From the IMG/VR virus record IMGVR_UViG_3300025635_000020: a stretch of 64,000 nt of DNA; one strand, given 5' to 3'. Source of the stretch: an uncultured virus (IMG/VR IMGVR_UViG_3300025635_000020) (Duplodnaviria; Heunggongvirae; Uroviricota; Caudoviricetes). Under the pieces are notes generated by a model, which ran no database searches, was not told where the DNA came from, and worked only from the letters and a program-made list of their open reading frames with translations. The position numbers were made by a program, and so were the translations under genes. Below, piece after piece: positions 9,753-19,162 of the stretch (positions within the stretch are counted from its first letter, which is position 1; every line of letters begins with the position of its first letter).

Positions 9753-10417
9753 TATTCTGTTAGTATGCGTTCCCTATGCCATTCGTCCGCCATGGGGGTG
9801 TCAGCAAATTCATGAAAGCATGGTGTGCCCAAGGTATAATGCAAGAGCTTGGCCGCGGGGTTTGGCCCGTATTCATCAGGCAACCAATTCCATTCAGGAG
9901 GCAACTCGCCTATGCGAGCGTCATCTAGCCACGAGAAACGGTGAAGGTAACTGCCGGTGGCGCTTTGAACAAATGTAGGGGTAAGTTGTCTGTTAGGAAA
10001 AGAGTTACAATTCCACAAAATAACACTACTCCAATTTTTCCTAGGATAGTCTTCATTTTTTGACCCTAAATATTTTATTGGCATGCGAGTTTTATAATCG
10101 TGCTTGACTACCTGTACATCTTTTGACATGTCTCTCATGGCCCAGAGTTCTGCAATGTCACCGCGTACAATCATGTCGCCATCTATAAAAATCGCCGATC
10201 CAGACCAATTCATTAGATAAGGAACTAAAAAACGAGTGTAGATAAAATGGTTTGAGCCGTCGGTGTGCGTTTCGTTGTAGTCTTGAAACAAACTCAGCGC
10301 AACAGGAACAATGCTCACAGGTTGGCTTGCATGTCTAATGATACTGTTGACACAGGTATGATATGCTATGGCTTCGCGTGGATCATAGCCAACAAATATT
10401 GGTATGATGTCTTTCAT
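9731..10417 (-). CDS. GT8-like glycosyltransferase
   Basis: IFVGYDPRE, RFLVP, FIDGDM (DxD), YPRKNWSS, EWNWL, LHYTLGTP. Confidence 0.8.
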   Translation of the reverse strand: MKDIIPIFVGYDPREAIAYHTCVNSIIRHASQPVSIVPVALSLFQDYNETHTDGSNHFIYTRFLVPYLMNWSGSAIFIDGDMIVRGDIAELWAMRDMSKDVQVVKHDYKTRMPIKYLGSKNEDYPRKNWSSVILWNCNSFPNRQLTPTFVQSATGSYLHRFSWLDDARIGELPPEWNWLPDEYGPNPAAKLLHYTLGTPCFHEFADTPMADEWHRERILTEYCQQRMD

Positions 10418-11169
10418 CTACGTTCGATGTCCTCTTCCACACAATTTTCGCCGTACTGTATTTCAATCAGTTTCAGTGGCTCACTGGTTTCATTACAAAG
10501 CATGTGCCAACTGTTTTTTGGAATAAAAATATGTTCGTGTTTGGCAAAAGTTCCCAACAGCTCTTCATCTGTACTATTGTTGAGTGTGTAGACCGTGGCT
10601 TGGCCTTGGGCCACAAACCAAAATTCTGCACGTTGCTCATGACGTTGCATGCTGAGACATGTTTTGGGTACCACTGTGAGTTCTTTGAGTTTGGTATTTG
10701 CACCAACTTCGTGTAACACACGATAGTGACCCCAGGCCCGGCTGGTTTTGGGGGTTTTCCACTCTTCCAAAATCCAAGAGCTTGAGTTGGCTTTGTTTTC
10801 GCCGCCTACACCAAACACAAACTCTACATCGTCAAACACCATTTCTGGAATATTTTCTGCTGTGCGGTCTCCACCATTGGCAAAGACGATTTCGTCCGTG
10901 GGATATTTTTCTCGGACCTTGCGTATGGCATCTATGCTAGAACCATCTGAGTCGTCAAATTCAATTACTTCGCCGACCATGTGCAAGTTGTCCAGCACAA
11001 CCATGCGTTCGCGCCAGGGCATAAACGGGCGGCCTTTTTTACGTGTGAGCCAGGCATCACTGTTCAAACCTACAACAACATGATCGCCCAGGTGATCGGC
11101 GTGATTGAGATAGGAAATGTGTCCAGAATGAATGGGGTCAAATCCCCCGGTGACAACGACAATTTTCAT
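10414..11169 (-). CDS. HIGH-family cytidylyl/adenylyltransferase fused to a mannose-6-phosphate-isomerase-type cupin
   Basis: TGGFDPIHSGH, FANGGDR, NSSS; C-terminal RAWGHY...LSMQRH...EIQYG...EEDIER; start MKIVVV 5 nt after TAAATA (11175-11180). Confidence 0.85.
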   Translation of the reverse strand: MKIVVVTGGFDPIHSGHISYLNHADHLGDHVVVGLNSDAWLTRKKGRPFMPWRERMVVLDNLHMVGEVIEFDDSDGSSIDAIRKVREKYPTDEIVFANGGDRTAENIPEMVFDDVEFVFGVGGENKANSSSWILEEWKTPKTSRAWGHYRVLHEVGANTKLKELTVVPKTCLSMQRHEQRAEFWFVAQGQATVYTLNNSTDEELLGTFAKHEHIFIPKNSWHMLCNETSEPLKLIEIQYGENCVEEDIERR

Positions 11170-11177
11170 GCAGGTAT

Positions 11178-11630
11178 TTACACCTGGATGTCTTCCATGC
11201 CAGCAGTTCTTAGTCGTACCACATGGCCCGACATCCAACTTTTGCTGTCTAGTCCTTTCATAACACCCAGCCACCGATTGCGCAAATACGCAACTTCATT
11301 GATAATGGTTTCATAGTCAATGACTTCGTCCTCGCCATCCACATACTTTTCAGCATCTCTTGAAGTAAGGGCACGAGCATAACCTTCAAGATACTTTTGG
11401 AAATGCCGCCTACGAATTTTGCGAAGTTGAATGTTAAGGTAGTTAAGCACCGCTTCAATTTCTTGCAGTTGGTTAAAGCGATGCTCTGTGATTCCTGGCA
11501 GTGCTGTGATATTTTTTTCTACTATACCCGAAATTTTACAGTCTCGTTTGGCATCTTCCAGCTCGCGCTCGTAGTGACTGATAAAGTCTGGTATGGCATT
11601 TAGACTAGCTACTACACGACTATACCACAT
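11178..11630 (-). CDS. uvsY: recombination mediator UvsY-like
   Basis: Helical protein with Y...LTSRDAEKYVDGEDEV...KGLDSKSW pattern, near uvsX; start MWYSRV after AAGGA RBS. Confidence 0.75.
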   Translation of the reverse strand: MWYSRVVASLNAIPDFISHYERELEDAKRDCKISGIVEKNITALPGITEHRFNQLQEIEAVLNYLNIQLRKIRRRHFQKYLEGYARALTSRDAEKYVDGEDEVIDYETIINEVAYLRNRWLGVMKGLDSKSWMSGHVVRLRTAGMEDIQV

Positions 11631-12909
11631 GAGCAGTTCCTTTAGAAACACTATCAGAATTATTCTTCAAGTATTGATCACAAATTTTAGACAACCAAGG
11701 AAACATGGTTTTCCAATTGGTACCACGACGACGATCTTTTTCGTTGAGAAAAATTTGTAGTTTATTAATCTCAGCTGTATCAACTTCGGACTGTTCAATT
11801 TCTTTTATAATACCTTGCATGTATTCTTTTGCTATTTTATGTTGTTTGGTGTCTTCGGGCATGCACGAAATAATCTTGCTGAAATCTGATTCGAAAACGT
11901 CTTTGCCTAATATTCCGGGTACCAAATAAGAAGGTTGCGGAGTCACTACAGAAAAAAATTGTCCGACTGGTCTTATTTTTCTCCAATTTTGTAATTTGAT
12001 CAAAAGTTCGGGCATGGTTTTTATTGTTAATATGCTGATGGTCTGATTTATATTCAGGGTGATCCATTTTTGCTCTAGCAAATACTCAAAGTTTTTTTCC
12101 CATGTGTGCAAATCCAAGCCATAACGCACAAATTCTTGCTCTGGTCCCCAACAATCTATACTGCATGATAAATCAATTCTTTTAAGTTTTCTATCTATCA
12201 AAAGTTTTCGAAATCTTTTGCAAATTGTTTCAAGTTTACTTGTACTAATAGCAAGATTGGTCGAAATACCAAGTTCTAAATTTGGATGTGCTGTATTTTC
12301 AAAATAATCTAACAATTGATAGAATTCTGTTTGATAAAAAGGTTCGCCCCCTAGCACGTTAAATCTTTTGAGTCCGGAAGATTTACGTCTCATCCAATCC
12401 CAAAATTTATCAATCAGTACCGAAGCTTGATTATCCTCCGCTTCAAGTACCACTCCATCTTTACTGAACTTTCCAAATTTTATATTCTCTTGATTTATCT
12501 TTGAGCTCAGCCCCGGTATACAATACAAACAACTCATATTGCACACGTTGTTGACAAAGACTTCTAGCACAGTTGGGTCTACATTAATAGCAGTAGGATC
12601 AGTATCCAGTTCCTCTGGATACTGATTTGGAATCAACAACATTAAGTTTCTGTCGCTAAAGCCACCGGCTTGCTCAATTTTTCGACAGTAATGACAACTG
12701 TGTTCGGGCCATTTTCCCGCTAACATATCCTTACGCTCTTGCAATTTTTTATCGGTGTTATGAAACTGGTCAAAGTTTTCTTCATTGATGTCGCTCCAAC
12801 CAGTTCTATGACATGATGCGGTTTGCTTCTGCGAAAGATATAAAGTACTCCAACTCCATTTTAACTGACATGCAGTTTCAGTTCTGATGGGGAAAAACTT
12901 GTTGGTCAT
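11620..12909 (-). CDS. radical SAM protein with N-terminal twitch-like Cys domain
   Basis: CQLKW...SCHR...CHYC, then CNMSCLYC, GGEP, C-terminal DRRRG. Confidence 0.85.
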   Translation of the reverse strand: MTNKFFPIRTETACQLKWSWSTLYLSQKQTASCHRTGWSDINEENFDQFHNTDKKLQERKDMLAGKWPEHSCHYCRKIEQAGGFSDRNLMLLIPNQYPEELDTDPTAINVDPTVLEVFVNNVCNMSCLYCIPGLSSKINQENIKFGKFSKDGVVLEAEDNQASVLIDKFWDWMRRKSSGLKRFNVLGGEPFYQTEFYQLLDYFENTAHPNLELGISTNLAISTSKLETICKRFRKLLIDRKLKRIDLSCSIDCWGPEQEFVRYGLDLHTWEKNFEYLLEQKWITLNINQTISILTIKTMPELLIKLQNWRKIRPVGQFFSVVTPQPSYLVPGILGKDVFESDFSKIISCMPEDTKQHKIAKEYMQGIIKEIEQSEVDTAEINKLQIFLNEKDRRRGTNWKTMFPWLSKICDQYLKNNSDSVSKGTAHVV

Positions 12910-13169
12910 TAGTTTTCCCAGTCTTCGTCCTCTTCTTCAAGATATTCATCTTCTTCTTCTTCTTCGGAATAGTCATTGTCATTGTCAAGGTATGAAGTTA
13001 ACGCACGTTTGATATCTGAATCTCCTTTGAAAGCATCACGAATGTCGTCTACGTCTGAATCATTGTCCATTAAGATTTGTATCACAGTTTCGGCGGCTTC
13101 TGCACGGTCCACAGTGTTTACAAAACGTTTTAGTTCTCCCCAAAGTTCAGCAGCAATTGTTTCACTCAT
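12909..13169 (-). CDS. small acidic hypothetical protein
   Basis: 86 aa with poly-E/D tail, overlapping the uvsX 3' end. Confidence 0.75.
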   Translation of the reverse strand: MSETIAAELWGELKRFVNTVDRAEAAETVIQILMDNDSDVDDIRDAFKGDSDIKRALTSYLDNDNDYSEEEEEDEYLEEEDEDWEN

Positions 13170-14223
13170 CTACTGTTTCCTCCTCAATGGTACTTACCTC
13201 TTCCTTGCGTTTTCCAAACTCTGACATTACTACGTCCAAACAGCCACCTTCGTTGCTTTCCCAGCCCTTGCGGAAATATTTGATGATTTCACCGTCTAGT
13301 GTGGTGTAAGCAAGACGATTTCCATCCTTTTTCAAGAAACCTTTTTTCTCAGCTAGATCCACAAGACCTGAATAAGGGTTCATGCCGGTTTCATAGGGGA
13401 TCTTGACCTGCACACCCTCAAAGGGTTTGGCATAGCGAGTTTTCATGACCTTGCAGGCTGAGCGAATGCCCATGACGTCTGTGACTTTGTTGCCATCCTC
13501 ATCCTCTTTGAGTTTGAGTTTCTTCATGGCCACAACAATTGAACTGGCATAGATAAAGCCCTGTCCGCCAGAAATCTTATCGTCTGGATCAAACATGTCC
13601 TGGCTGGCATAGGTGTGATTGGTACAGACCAGGCCAACATTGTAGCTACCAAACATATTGACACAGTTACGAACTAGTGCGGTCAGAGCTTTTGGTTTCC
13701 GACCTAGGTCACCTTTCATTTCGCCGGCATCAAATTGATTCACATCAGTAGGAGTCAACAGCATGCCCAGTGAATCAATGACAAAAAGAACCTTGGGTCG
13801 TTCTCCGTCGGCTAGAGTTTTATAATCACTCATAAAAGTTGAAATAGTTTTGGCCACATCGTCAATCATGGCCATGCTCAACTTCAACAGTTTTGATTCT
13901 GCTGTGTCAACTCCCAGGGCTTTGAGCCAGTCTTCGTCTAGTGCGTTTTCACTGTCGATTAACACCACAAAGATACCTTGCTCTTGTGCGTTCTTGATAA
14001 TATTGCCACTACAAATATAACTCTTGCCGGCACCCGACTCTCCAGCAAACACCGTGACCTTGCCCAAAGGGATGCCACGATTAAAGTCTCCAGAAATAAG
14101 GTAGTTTAGTGCATAGTTGCCTGTGCTGATCCAGTCAGTGGGATCATTAAATCCGATCGACAGTCCGTCGATGCTCTTAGTGATTTCCTTACGGAATTTG
14201 CTTACGTCAAAGGGTTTTCCCAT
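13162..14223 (-). CDS. uvsX: RecA-like recombinase UvsX
   Basis: Walker A GESGAGKS, DSENA, VIDSLG, NHTY, SGGQG. Confidence 0.95.
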   Translation of the reverse strand: MGKPFDVSKFRKEITKSIDGLSIGFNDPTDWISTGNYALNYLISGDFNRGIPLGKVTVFAGESGAGKSYICSGNIIKNAQEQGIFVVLIDSENALDEDWLKALGVDTAESKLLKLSMAMIDDVAKTISTFMSDYKTLADGERPKVLFVIDSLGMLLTPTDVNQFDAGEMKGDLGRKPKALTALVRNCVNMFGSYNVGLVCTNHTYASQDMFDPDDKISGGQGFIYASSIVVAMKKLKLKEDEDGNKVTDVMGIRSACKVMKTRYAKPFEGVQVKIPYETGMNPYSGLVDLAEKKGFLKKDGNRLAYTTLDGEIIKYFRKGWESNEGGCLDVVMSEFGKRKEEVSTIEEETVDE

Positions 14224-14225
14224 GA

Positions 14226-15377
14226 TTACTTTCCTTCTTTAAGTTTATATAATTCTTTAAAAATTTTACTACTATCTACGCCACGCCTACGATCCATTGC
14301 GGCCAATTGCTCAAAAGAGTTCGCTAGATTTTTTTCAATCGGTTGTGATATGTAGTGTAACATGTTCCGATAACTGTCTTCCAAAAGATATCCAGGATTT
14401 TGGGCGATCTTTGATTCTAGTTTTAACTTCAACGAGTTTAGCACAGGTTCCGGTAGATGTCTAATGTTTAGGTAATCTGGTGTTAGTAGTGCTCCAATAA
14501 TAAAACTGTTACTATGAAATCCTAAATTTCGTAAGTGGTCCACACAGTCAAATATACTATCGTAATTCAACAGAAACCATAGCATATTAAAACTTATTTT
14601 ATGGTCAAGTTTTCTAATGGCGTTTAGATTTTCTAGAAAATCTTGCCACCGACCACCAAACCGTATATATTCAAATTCTTGCTCTGTGGTCTCAACACTT
14701 ACGGTCCAATGTACATTTTTAAATTTACAAACTTCTTCAAATACCTGTGTGTCAACTTTGCTTAGATTGGTGTTAATTCTAATATTGGTATTGGGATTTA
14801 ATTTTTCCAACAGCGCAAGATTTTCTTTCATCAGCAGTGGTTCGCCACCGGCTAGGTACACATGCTGAAGTTGGTCGGCATGATCATAAATGTAATTTTT
14901 AAAATCATCTAATTGTTGTTGAGTGGGCACTGATTGACGTATTTTTAGTTCTTCGCTCCATTTGCTGCTAAACTCCGGACCACAATACACACAAGCAAAG
15001 TTACAGAGATTGGTCCAGCGTATGTCAATGGCCTGTAGATTAAATTTGCCAACTTGATATGCATCAGTGGGCGTATTTTTGAGTTCTCGAATATAAAATA
15101 TCCGATCGCTGATATGATCAAAACCTTTTTTACCGCGTTCTAGATCATAGCAAGTATGGCAACTAGGCACCGGTTGCTGATCAACAATACTTTTTTGTCT
15201 TGAAGTATTTTCGTTCCCTAACAATATAGATTCAATGGGGTTATTTTGTATATTGCCAATTGGTTTACTAAAATCACTTCTAATGCAATTTTTAACTGTG
15301 CCGTCGAAGTTATACATCATACCAGCCCAAGGCATAGGACAAAAGTACGGATTGGTCAACACGTCACGCGGCGTCAT
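14226..15377 (-). CDS. radical SAM protein with N-terminal twitch-like domain
   Basis: FCPMPW...NCIR...CHTC, CNFACVYC, GGEP, DRRRG; start MTPRDV is ATGA-coupled to the SDR gene. Confidence 0.85.
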   Translation of the reverse strand: MTPRDVLTNPYFCPMPWAGMMYNFDGTVKNCIRSDFSKPIGNIQNNPIESILLGNENTSRQKSIVDQQPVPSCHTCYDLERGKKGFDHISDRIFYIRELKNTPTDAYQVGKFNLQAIDIRWTNLCNFACVYCGPEFSSKWSEELKIRQSVPTQQQLDDFKNYIYDHADQLQHVYLAGGEPLLMKENLALLEKLNPNTNIRINTNLSKVDTQVFEEVCKFKNVHWTVSVETTEQEFEYIRFGGRWQDFLENLNAIRKLDHKISFNMLWFLLNYDSIFDCVDHLRNLGFHSNSFIIGALLTPDYLNIRHLPEPVLNSLKLKLESKIAQNPGYLLEDSYRNMLHYISQPIEKNLANSFEQLAAMDRRRGVDSSKIFKELYKLKEGK

Positions 15378-15919
15378 TTGTGAGCTGGTCCCAAAGAAAT
15401 TTCTGGTATAACAAGTCCATTGGATTCGGCCATTTCTAGAGTGGTTACAAGTACCTTGGCCCATACATCTACATCAGCTGAAGGGGGCACTGTTTTATCA
15501 GCACTTGTGGCAATATTTCCAGGTCGAACTATGGTAATTTTAATTCCCGGACGATTATGTTTTATTTGTTTTACTGCTTCTTCAAGTGCAACTTTTTGCA
15601 CACGATATGCTGACATATCAAATCCGGGCAATACACTTACCGGATCCTGAGTCATCATGGTACTGATTACTATTATGTGCTTATGAGAGCCTGACCAACG
15701 TTGTGCTATTTCGAACAACAATTCAGTTTGAGTAAAACCTGCTTGTGCATTGTTAATAAAAACATCACAAGGTTCAATTGCGGCTGCGATTTTAGGCAGT
15801 ATACGTATGTTATGTCCTGTACGGCGGCTTAATTGTAAGACTTCATGTCCTTGATTTTTATATACTGTACTAAGTGCAAGCCCGATACCCGCTGTGCCTC
15901 CTGTGATTGCAATTTTCAC
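15374..15919 (-). CDS. short-chain dehydrogenase/reductase
   Basis: TGGTAGIG, INNA, YRVQK (YxxxK), RPG. Confidence 0.9.
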   Translation of the reverse strand: MKIAITGGTAGIGLALSTVYKNQGHEVLQLSRRTGHNIRILPKIAAAIEPCDVFINNAQAGFTQTELLFEIAQRWSGSHKHIIVISTMMTQDPVSVLPGFDMSAYRVQKVALEEAVKQIKHNRPGIKITIVRPGNIATSADKTVPPSADVDVWAKVLVTTLEMAESNGLVIPEISLGPAHK

Positions 15920-16461
15920 TTTAATAACTCCAATGGTTCATTAAAGACTGTAATACTCAAAACAACACGGGGAAAGTGTGTTGGATTTAATTTTATTACA
16001 CTATGCGGTATTGAAGAATTAAACACAATTGGATCTGATTGATCTAGTACTTCTCCCTTTAGTATCATCTTATCAACTGCGCCTGACACATCTTTTTTGG
16101 TAAATCCTAAATGATCAACAACATCGGGGCAACTTTCTAACACACCCTGCTCGATGTGATACCATCTATTAGACCAGCCTTGCGTATTAGAGATTGGAAT
16201 GTTTATTTTTGCTACCACTGGCAGCGTGTCCACGTGTATCGGAAAATCATCATACAAAATAGTCACCGATGCTTCGCGAGGCTTCAATTTTAAACTTTTG
16301 AAATATTCTACTAACTCAGGTATCTGTTGAAATAATTCTTTGGTGTTGATAAATATCCATCCAGTTCTGTACGATTTTAAATCGGCATCAATAAAAGACA
16401 AAACTTTTTGTTGTATAATTTCTAGATTATCACATTTTAATCTATGGAACGGTTTAAGCAT
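15916..16461 (-). CDS. cupin / Fe(II)-2OG oxygenase-like protein
   Basis: IHVD...KINIP...PHSV...R (HxD...H triad). Confidence 0.55.
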   Translation of the reverse strand: MLKPFHRLKCDNLEIIQQKVLSFIDADLKSYRTGWIFINTKELFQQIPELVEYFKSLKLKPREASVTILYDDFPIHVDTLPVVAKINIPISNTQGWSNRWYHIEQGVLESCPDVVDHLGFTKKDVSGAVDKMILKGEVLDQSDPIVFNSSIPHSVIKLNPTHFPRVVLSITVFNEPLELLK

Positions 16462-17434
16462 TTTTATAATAATCCCAAAGTTTAATTCCGCGTAAATAAT
16501 CTTGTTTAGATGTCCACAGTTGTAATTCTACTGTATTGTCCTCGCCACTGGCAACTAAATCTTTTAAAGAGTCAATTACTTCGGCAGTTCTGGTAAAATG
16601 ATTGCTGTATTTTACATTCAGCACATCAGGATTTTCTAGCAGGGCCCAACTGTGATCAATTTTATTTTCTTTTGTATATTCAATGATATGTTTTAAGTTA
16701 CCGATATTTAACGCATGAACCGTAGTCCAGGTATTTAATTCAACAGGATATGTTTTGTACGACTCAATTGTTTTAGATATCGTTTCCCATTTAATAGGCC
16801 AGCGAACATAATCATGTATTTTACCAATTCCGTCGAGGCTCACAGTAATTGTAACATGAATTCCTCGATCAATGATATTTTGTAAATTAGGTAATAATCT
16901 ACTGCCATTGGTATTGACACGGAGATATTTTACATTAGGGGGTAAATTTTCAAGCAAGTGTTGATATGCCGGACTAGCCGTAGGTTCGCCACCGTTGACG
17001 TCAAGTTTGATTATTCTATCTAACGGGAGACTAGCAAATAGAGATTCATTATTAATTTTAATGTAGTCTCTAGATTCCAGCGATCCAATTTTAGTTGACA
17101 AATGAGAATTACAACTTTGACAAGCACTATTACAAATATTGTCTAGTACTCCACCAATAACAAGATAGTTATTATTTGCTGGAAATTCTTGATTATGAAA
17201 ATCATTCGAGTGCTGCCGTATGCTCTTGTTTCCAACTGTTTCTGCGGACTGGCATCGTGTACATTCTGGCGGCCATTGGTCGGACTTGATAATTTCCGTG
17301 ATATCTTTTAACCACTGGCTATTATCCATTTCTTCAACAGATTTAAATTCAGGTGCTGATACCATGTGCCCACATCTGCTAACCGTGCCGCTGTGGTTTA
17401 ATCTGGCAAAATGATCAAGCCTTGGGCAATACAT
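16454..17434 (-). CDS. radical SAM protein with N-terminal twitch-like domain
   Basis: YCPR...RCGH...CTRC, CNSACQSC, GGEP, YVRWP. Confidence 0.85.
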   Translation of the reverse strand: MYCPRLDHFARLNHSGTVSRCGHMVSAPEFKSVEEMDNSQWLKDITEIIKSDQWPPECTRCQSAETVGNKSIRQHSNDFHNQEFPANNNYLVIGGVLDNICNSACQSCNSHLSTKIGSLESRDYIKINNESLFASLPLDRIIKLDVNGGEPTASPAYQHLLENLPPNVKYLRVNTNGSRLLPNLQNIIDRGIHVTITVSLDGIGKIHDYVRWPIKWETISKTIESYKTYPVELNTWTTVHALNIGNLKHIIEYTKENKIDHSWALLENPDVLNVKYSNHFTRTAEVIDSLKDLVASGEDNTVELQLWTSKQDYLRGIKLWDYYKNA

Positions 17435-18041
17435 GTTCTATGATGTTTTTATAATTTTTTTGATAGTGATCTAAGAGTTCAATCCAAGTAAATTCTTGAT
17501 CTACTAACTCTAAAAGTATTTGATCTAAATACAACCACAACTCAATACCGTGATTATCTTTGAACAGCTCGGTGACAAAGTCTTTACTGGGTGGAATAAC
17601 TTCTGCTCGGCTTTCGAAATCAGTTATTGCACCAAAGTCTTTGAAATTTCTAAAACGTATCTTTGTATCGTGCCGTAGATAACGTGCAAGATTTGCCAGC
17701 CAATGAAACTGCGGCAAATAATGTGTGTTTAAAAATTTATATCTTTTGGCAAACCAAAATGCTGTGGAGTAATCTAACTCGGGGTGATCGCGTTGAAGAT
17801 GTTGCAAGTATGTGTTTATTCCACTAACATACCTGTCGCGGGGGTTGCGTATGTAAACATCTACATAGTCAAGCGCCAAAATTTCATGGTTACTAAACAC
17901 AGCAAGATTATCTCTTGCTTGTTGAGATCTCAAACTGCTGTTTCCGTTTTTTTGAATTAGATAAACCCATTGACGGTGAAGTGGTAAAAATACCACTTCA
18001 CATAGATCCGGAAACAGCTCTGTATCCAGAGCTGTTTTCAT
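17415..18041 (-). CDS. sulfotransferase-family protein
   Basis: IQKNGNSS (PAPS 5'-PSB-like loop), IRNPRDRYVSG (3'-PB-like), HYLPQ. Confidence 0.6.
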   Translation of the reverse strand: MKTALDTELFPDLCEVVFLPLHRQWVYLIQKNGNSSLRSQQARDNLAVFSNHEILALDYVDVYIRNPRDRYVSGINTYLQHLQRDHPELDYSTAFWFAKRYKFLNTHYLPQFHWLANLARYLRHDTKIRFRNFKDFGAITDFESRAEVIPPSKDFVTELFKDNHGIELWLYLDQILLELVDQEFTWIELLDHYQKNYKNIIEHVLPKA

Positions 18042-19030
18042 TACTTTTGCTGTCTGGCTCGAATCATGGCCAAAATGTCTTCGGCCTTACCAGTTACAGC
18101 AGGTTTTACCACAGGAGTAGTTGGTGCTGGTGTGTCTTCATCATCAAAGTCGCTGGCAGATTCTGCCACTTTGAGTGCCGGCTTGGCAGCAACTTCGTGC
18201 GCATCCCCGTGGCCGTCCACAGCGTGTGTGGCGCCTGCTGGTGCTTGAACGCCTGCAGGACGGAAGTAAGCACCCCAACGCTCAGTGTCGTATGGTTGGC
18301 CATCTACCGATGCTTCAAACATCTCTTTGATAACTTTCAACTCCACGTCGCCGGGCTTCTTGGGCAAGAATGTGCTCAAGTCAAACAAACCGTGTGCATC
18401 AACCGCGGCTTGTTCTGCTTCGGTCAACGCAGATTCTTTCCTTGCCCACTTGCTGGCATTGTAGTCAGCAAAACCGCCTTTGCTTCCTTTGGTAATGCGG
18501 AAGTCTAGTCCACGCAGGTAGTCAGTTGGCAATTCTTCCAACTCAGGATCCATCAGCGCACCCTTGATAGTTGTAAAGATTTGAGGACCAATAATGAATC
18601 GGCGAATTGGGTTTTCTGGGGTCTTGTCGTCTGCAAGAGGATTCTCACGCACAAAGCCTTGGAAAATGTAACTGCGTTTTTTCCAGTACTTACGACCCAT
18701 GTCTTCAAGACTCTTGTCCTTGAACCAAGTGCGTACTTCTGCCAAGATTGGGCAGGCTTCGCCCCACATCTCCACGCATGGTACCTGGACCATGACCTGT
18801 TTGGACTCCATCTCTCCTTTGATGCCGTTAAAGGGCAAACGAATCATTGCTCGCTCTTGCCAAAAGAAAGTGTTTTTTGAGTTACCGTCTGGAAGAAAAC
18901 GGATTGTTGCTGATTGACCTTCTTCCATGTTCCAATGGGGATAAATTGAATTGTCCCCGCCGGTGGATTGCCCACCTTGTTTGTTTTCAGCTGCCTGTAG
19001 TCGTGCTCGAATTTCTGCTAAAGATGCCAT
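18041..19030 (-). CDS. 32: single-stranded DNA-binding protein, T4 gp32-like
   Basis: IRFLPD, PC...CPI, KYWKKRSY, acidic C-terminal region; AAAGGAG RBS. Confidence 0.9.
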   Translation of the reverse strand: MASLAEIRARLQAAENKQGGQSTGGDNSIYPHWNMEEGQSATIRFLPDGNSKNTFFWQERAMIRLPFNGIKGEMESKQVMVQVPCVEMWGEACPILAEVRTWFKDKSLEDMGRKYWKKRSYIFQGFVRENPLADDKTPENPIRRFIIGPQIFTTIKGALMDPELEELPTDYLRGLDFRITKGSKGGFADYNASKWARKESALTEAEQAAVDAHGLFDLSTFLPKKPGDVELKVIKEMFEASVDGQPYDTERWGAYFRPAGVQAPAGATHAVDGHGDAHEVAAKPALKVAESASDFDDEDTPAPTTPVVKPAVTGKAEDILAMIRARQQK

Positions 19031-19127
19031 AGTATATTCTCCTTTAAGTTGCCTATGTGTGTTGCCTATCTTGATATGTCAAAACATATATTGCCTGTGA
19101 CCATATAAAAATTGCATACACCTATGT

Positions 19128-19156
19128 AGTATATGCGATAGTTTTTACATAGTCAA
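19128..19156 (-). promoter_or_regulatory. sigma70-type promoter TTGACT-N17-TATACT upstream of the SSB gene
   Basis: -35 at 19151-19156, -10 at 19128-19133; a TAAATA also lies at 19160-19165. Confidence 0.75.
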
Positions 19157-19162
19157 GTTTAT

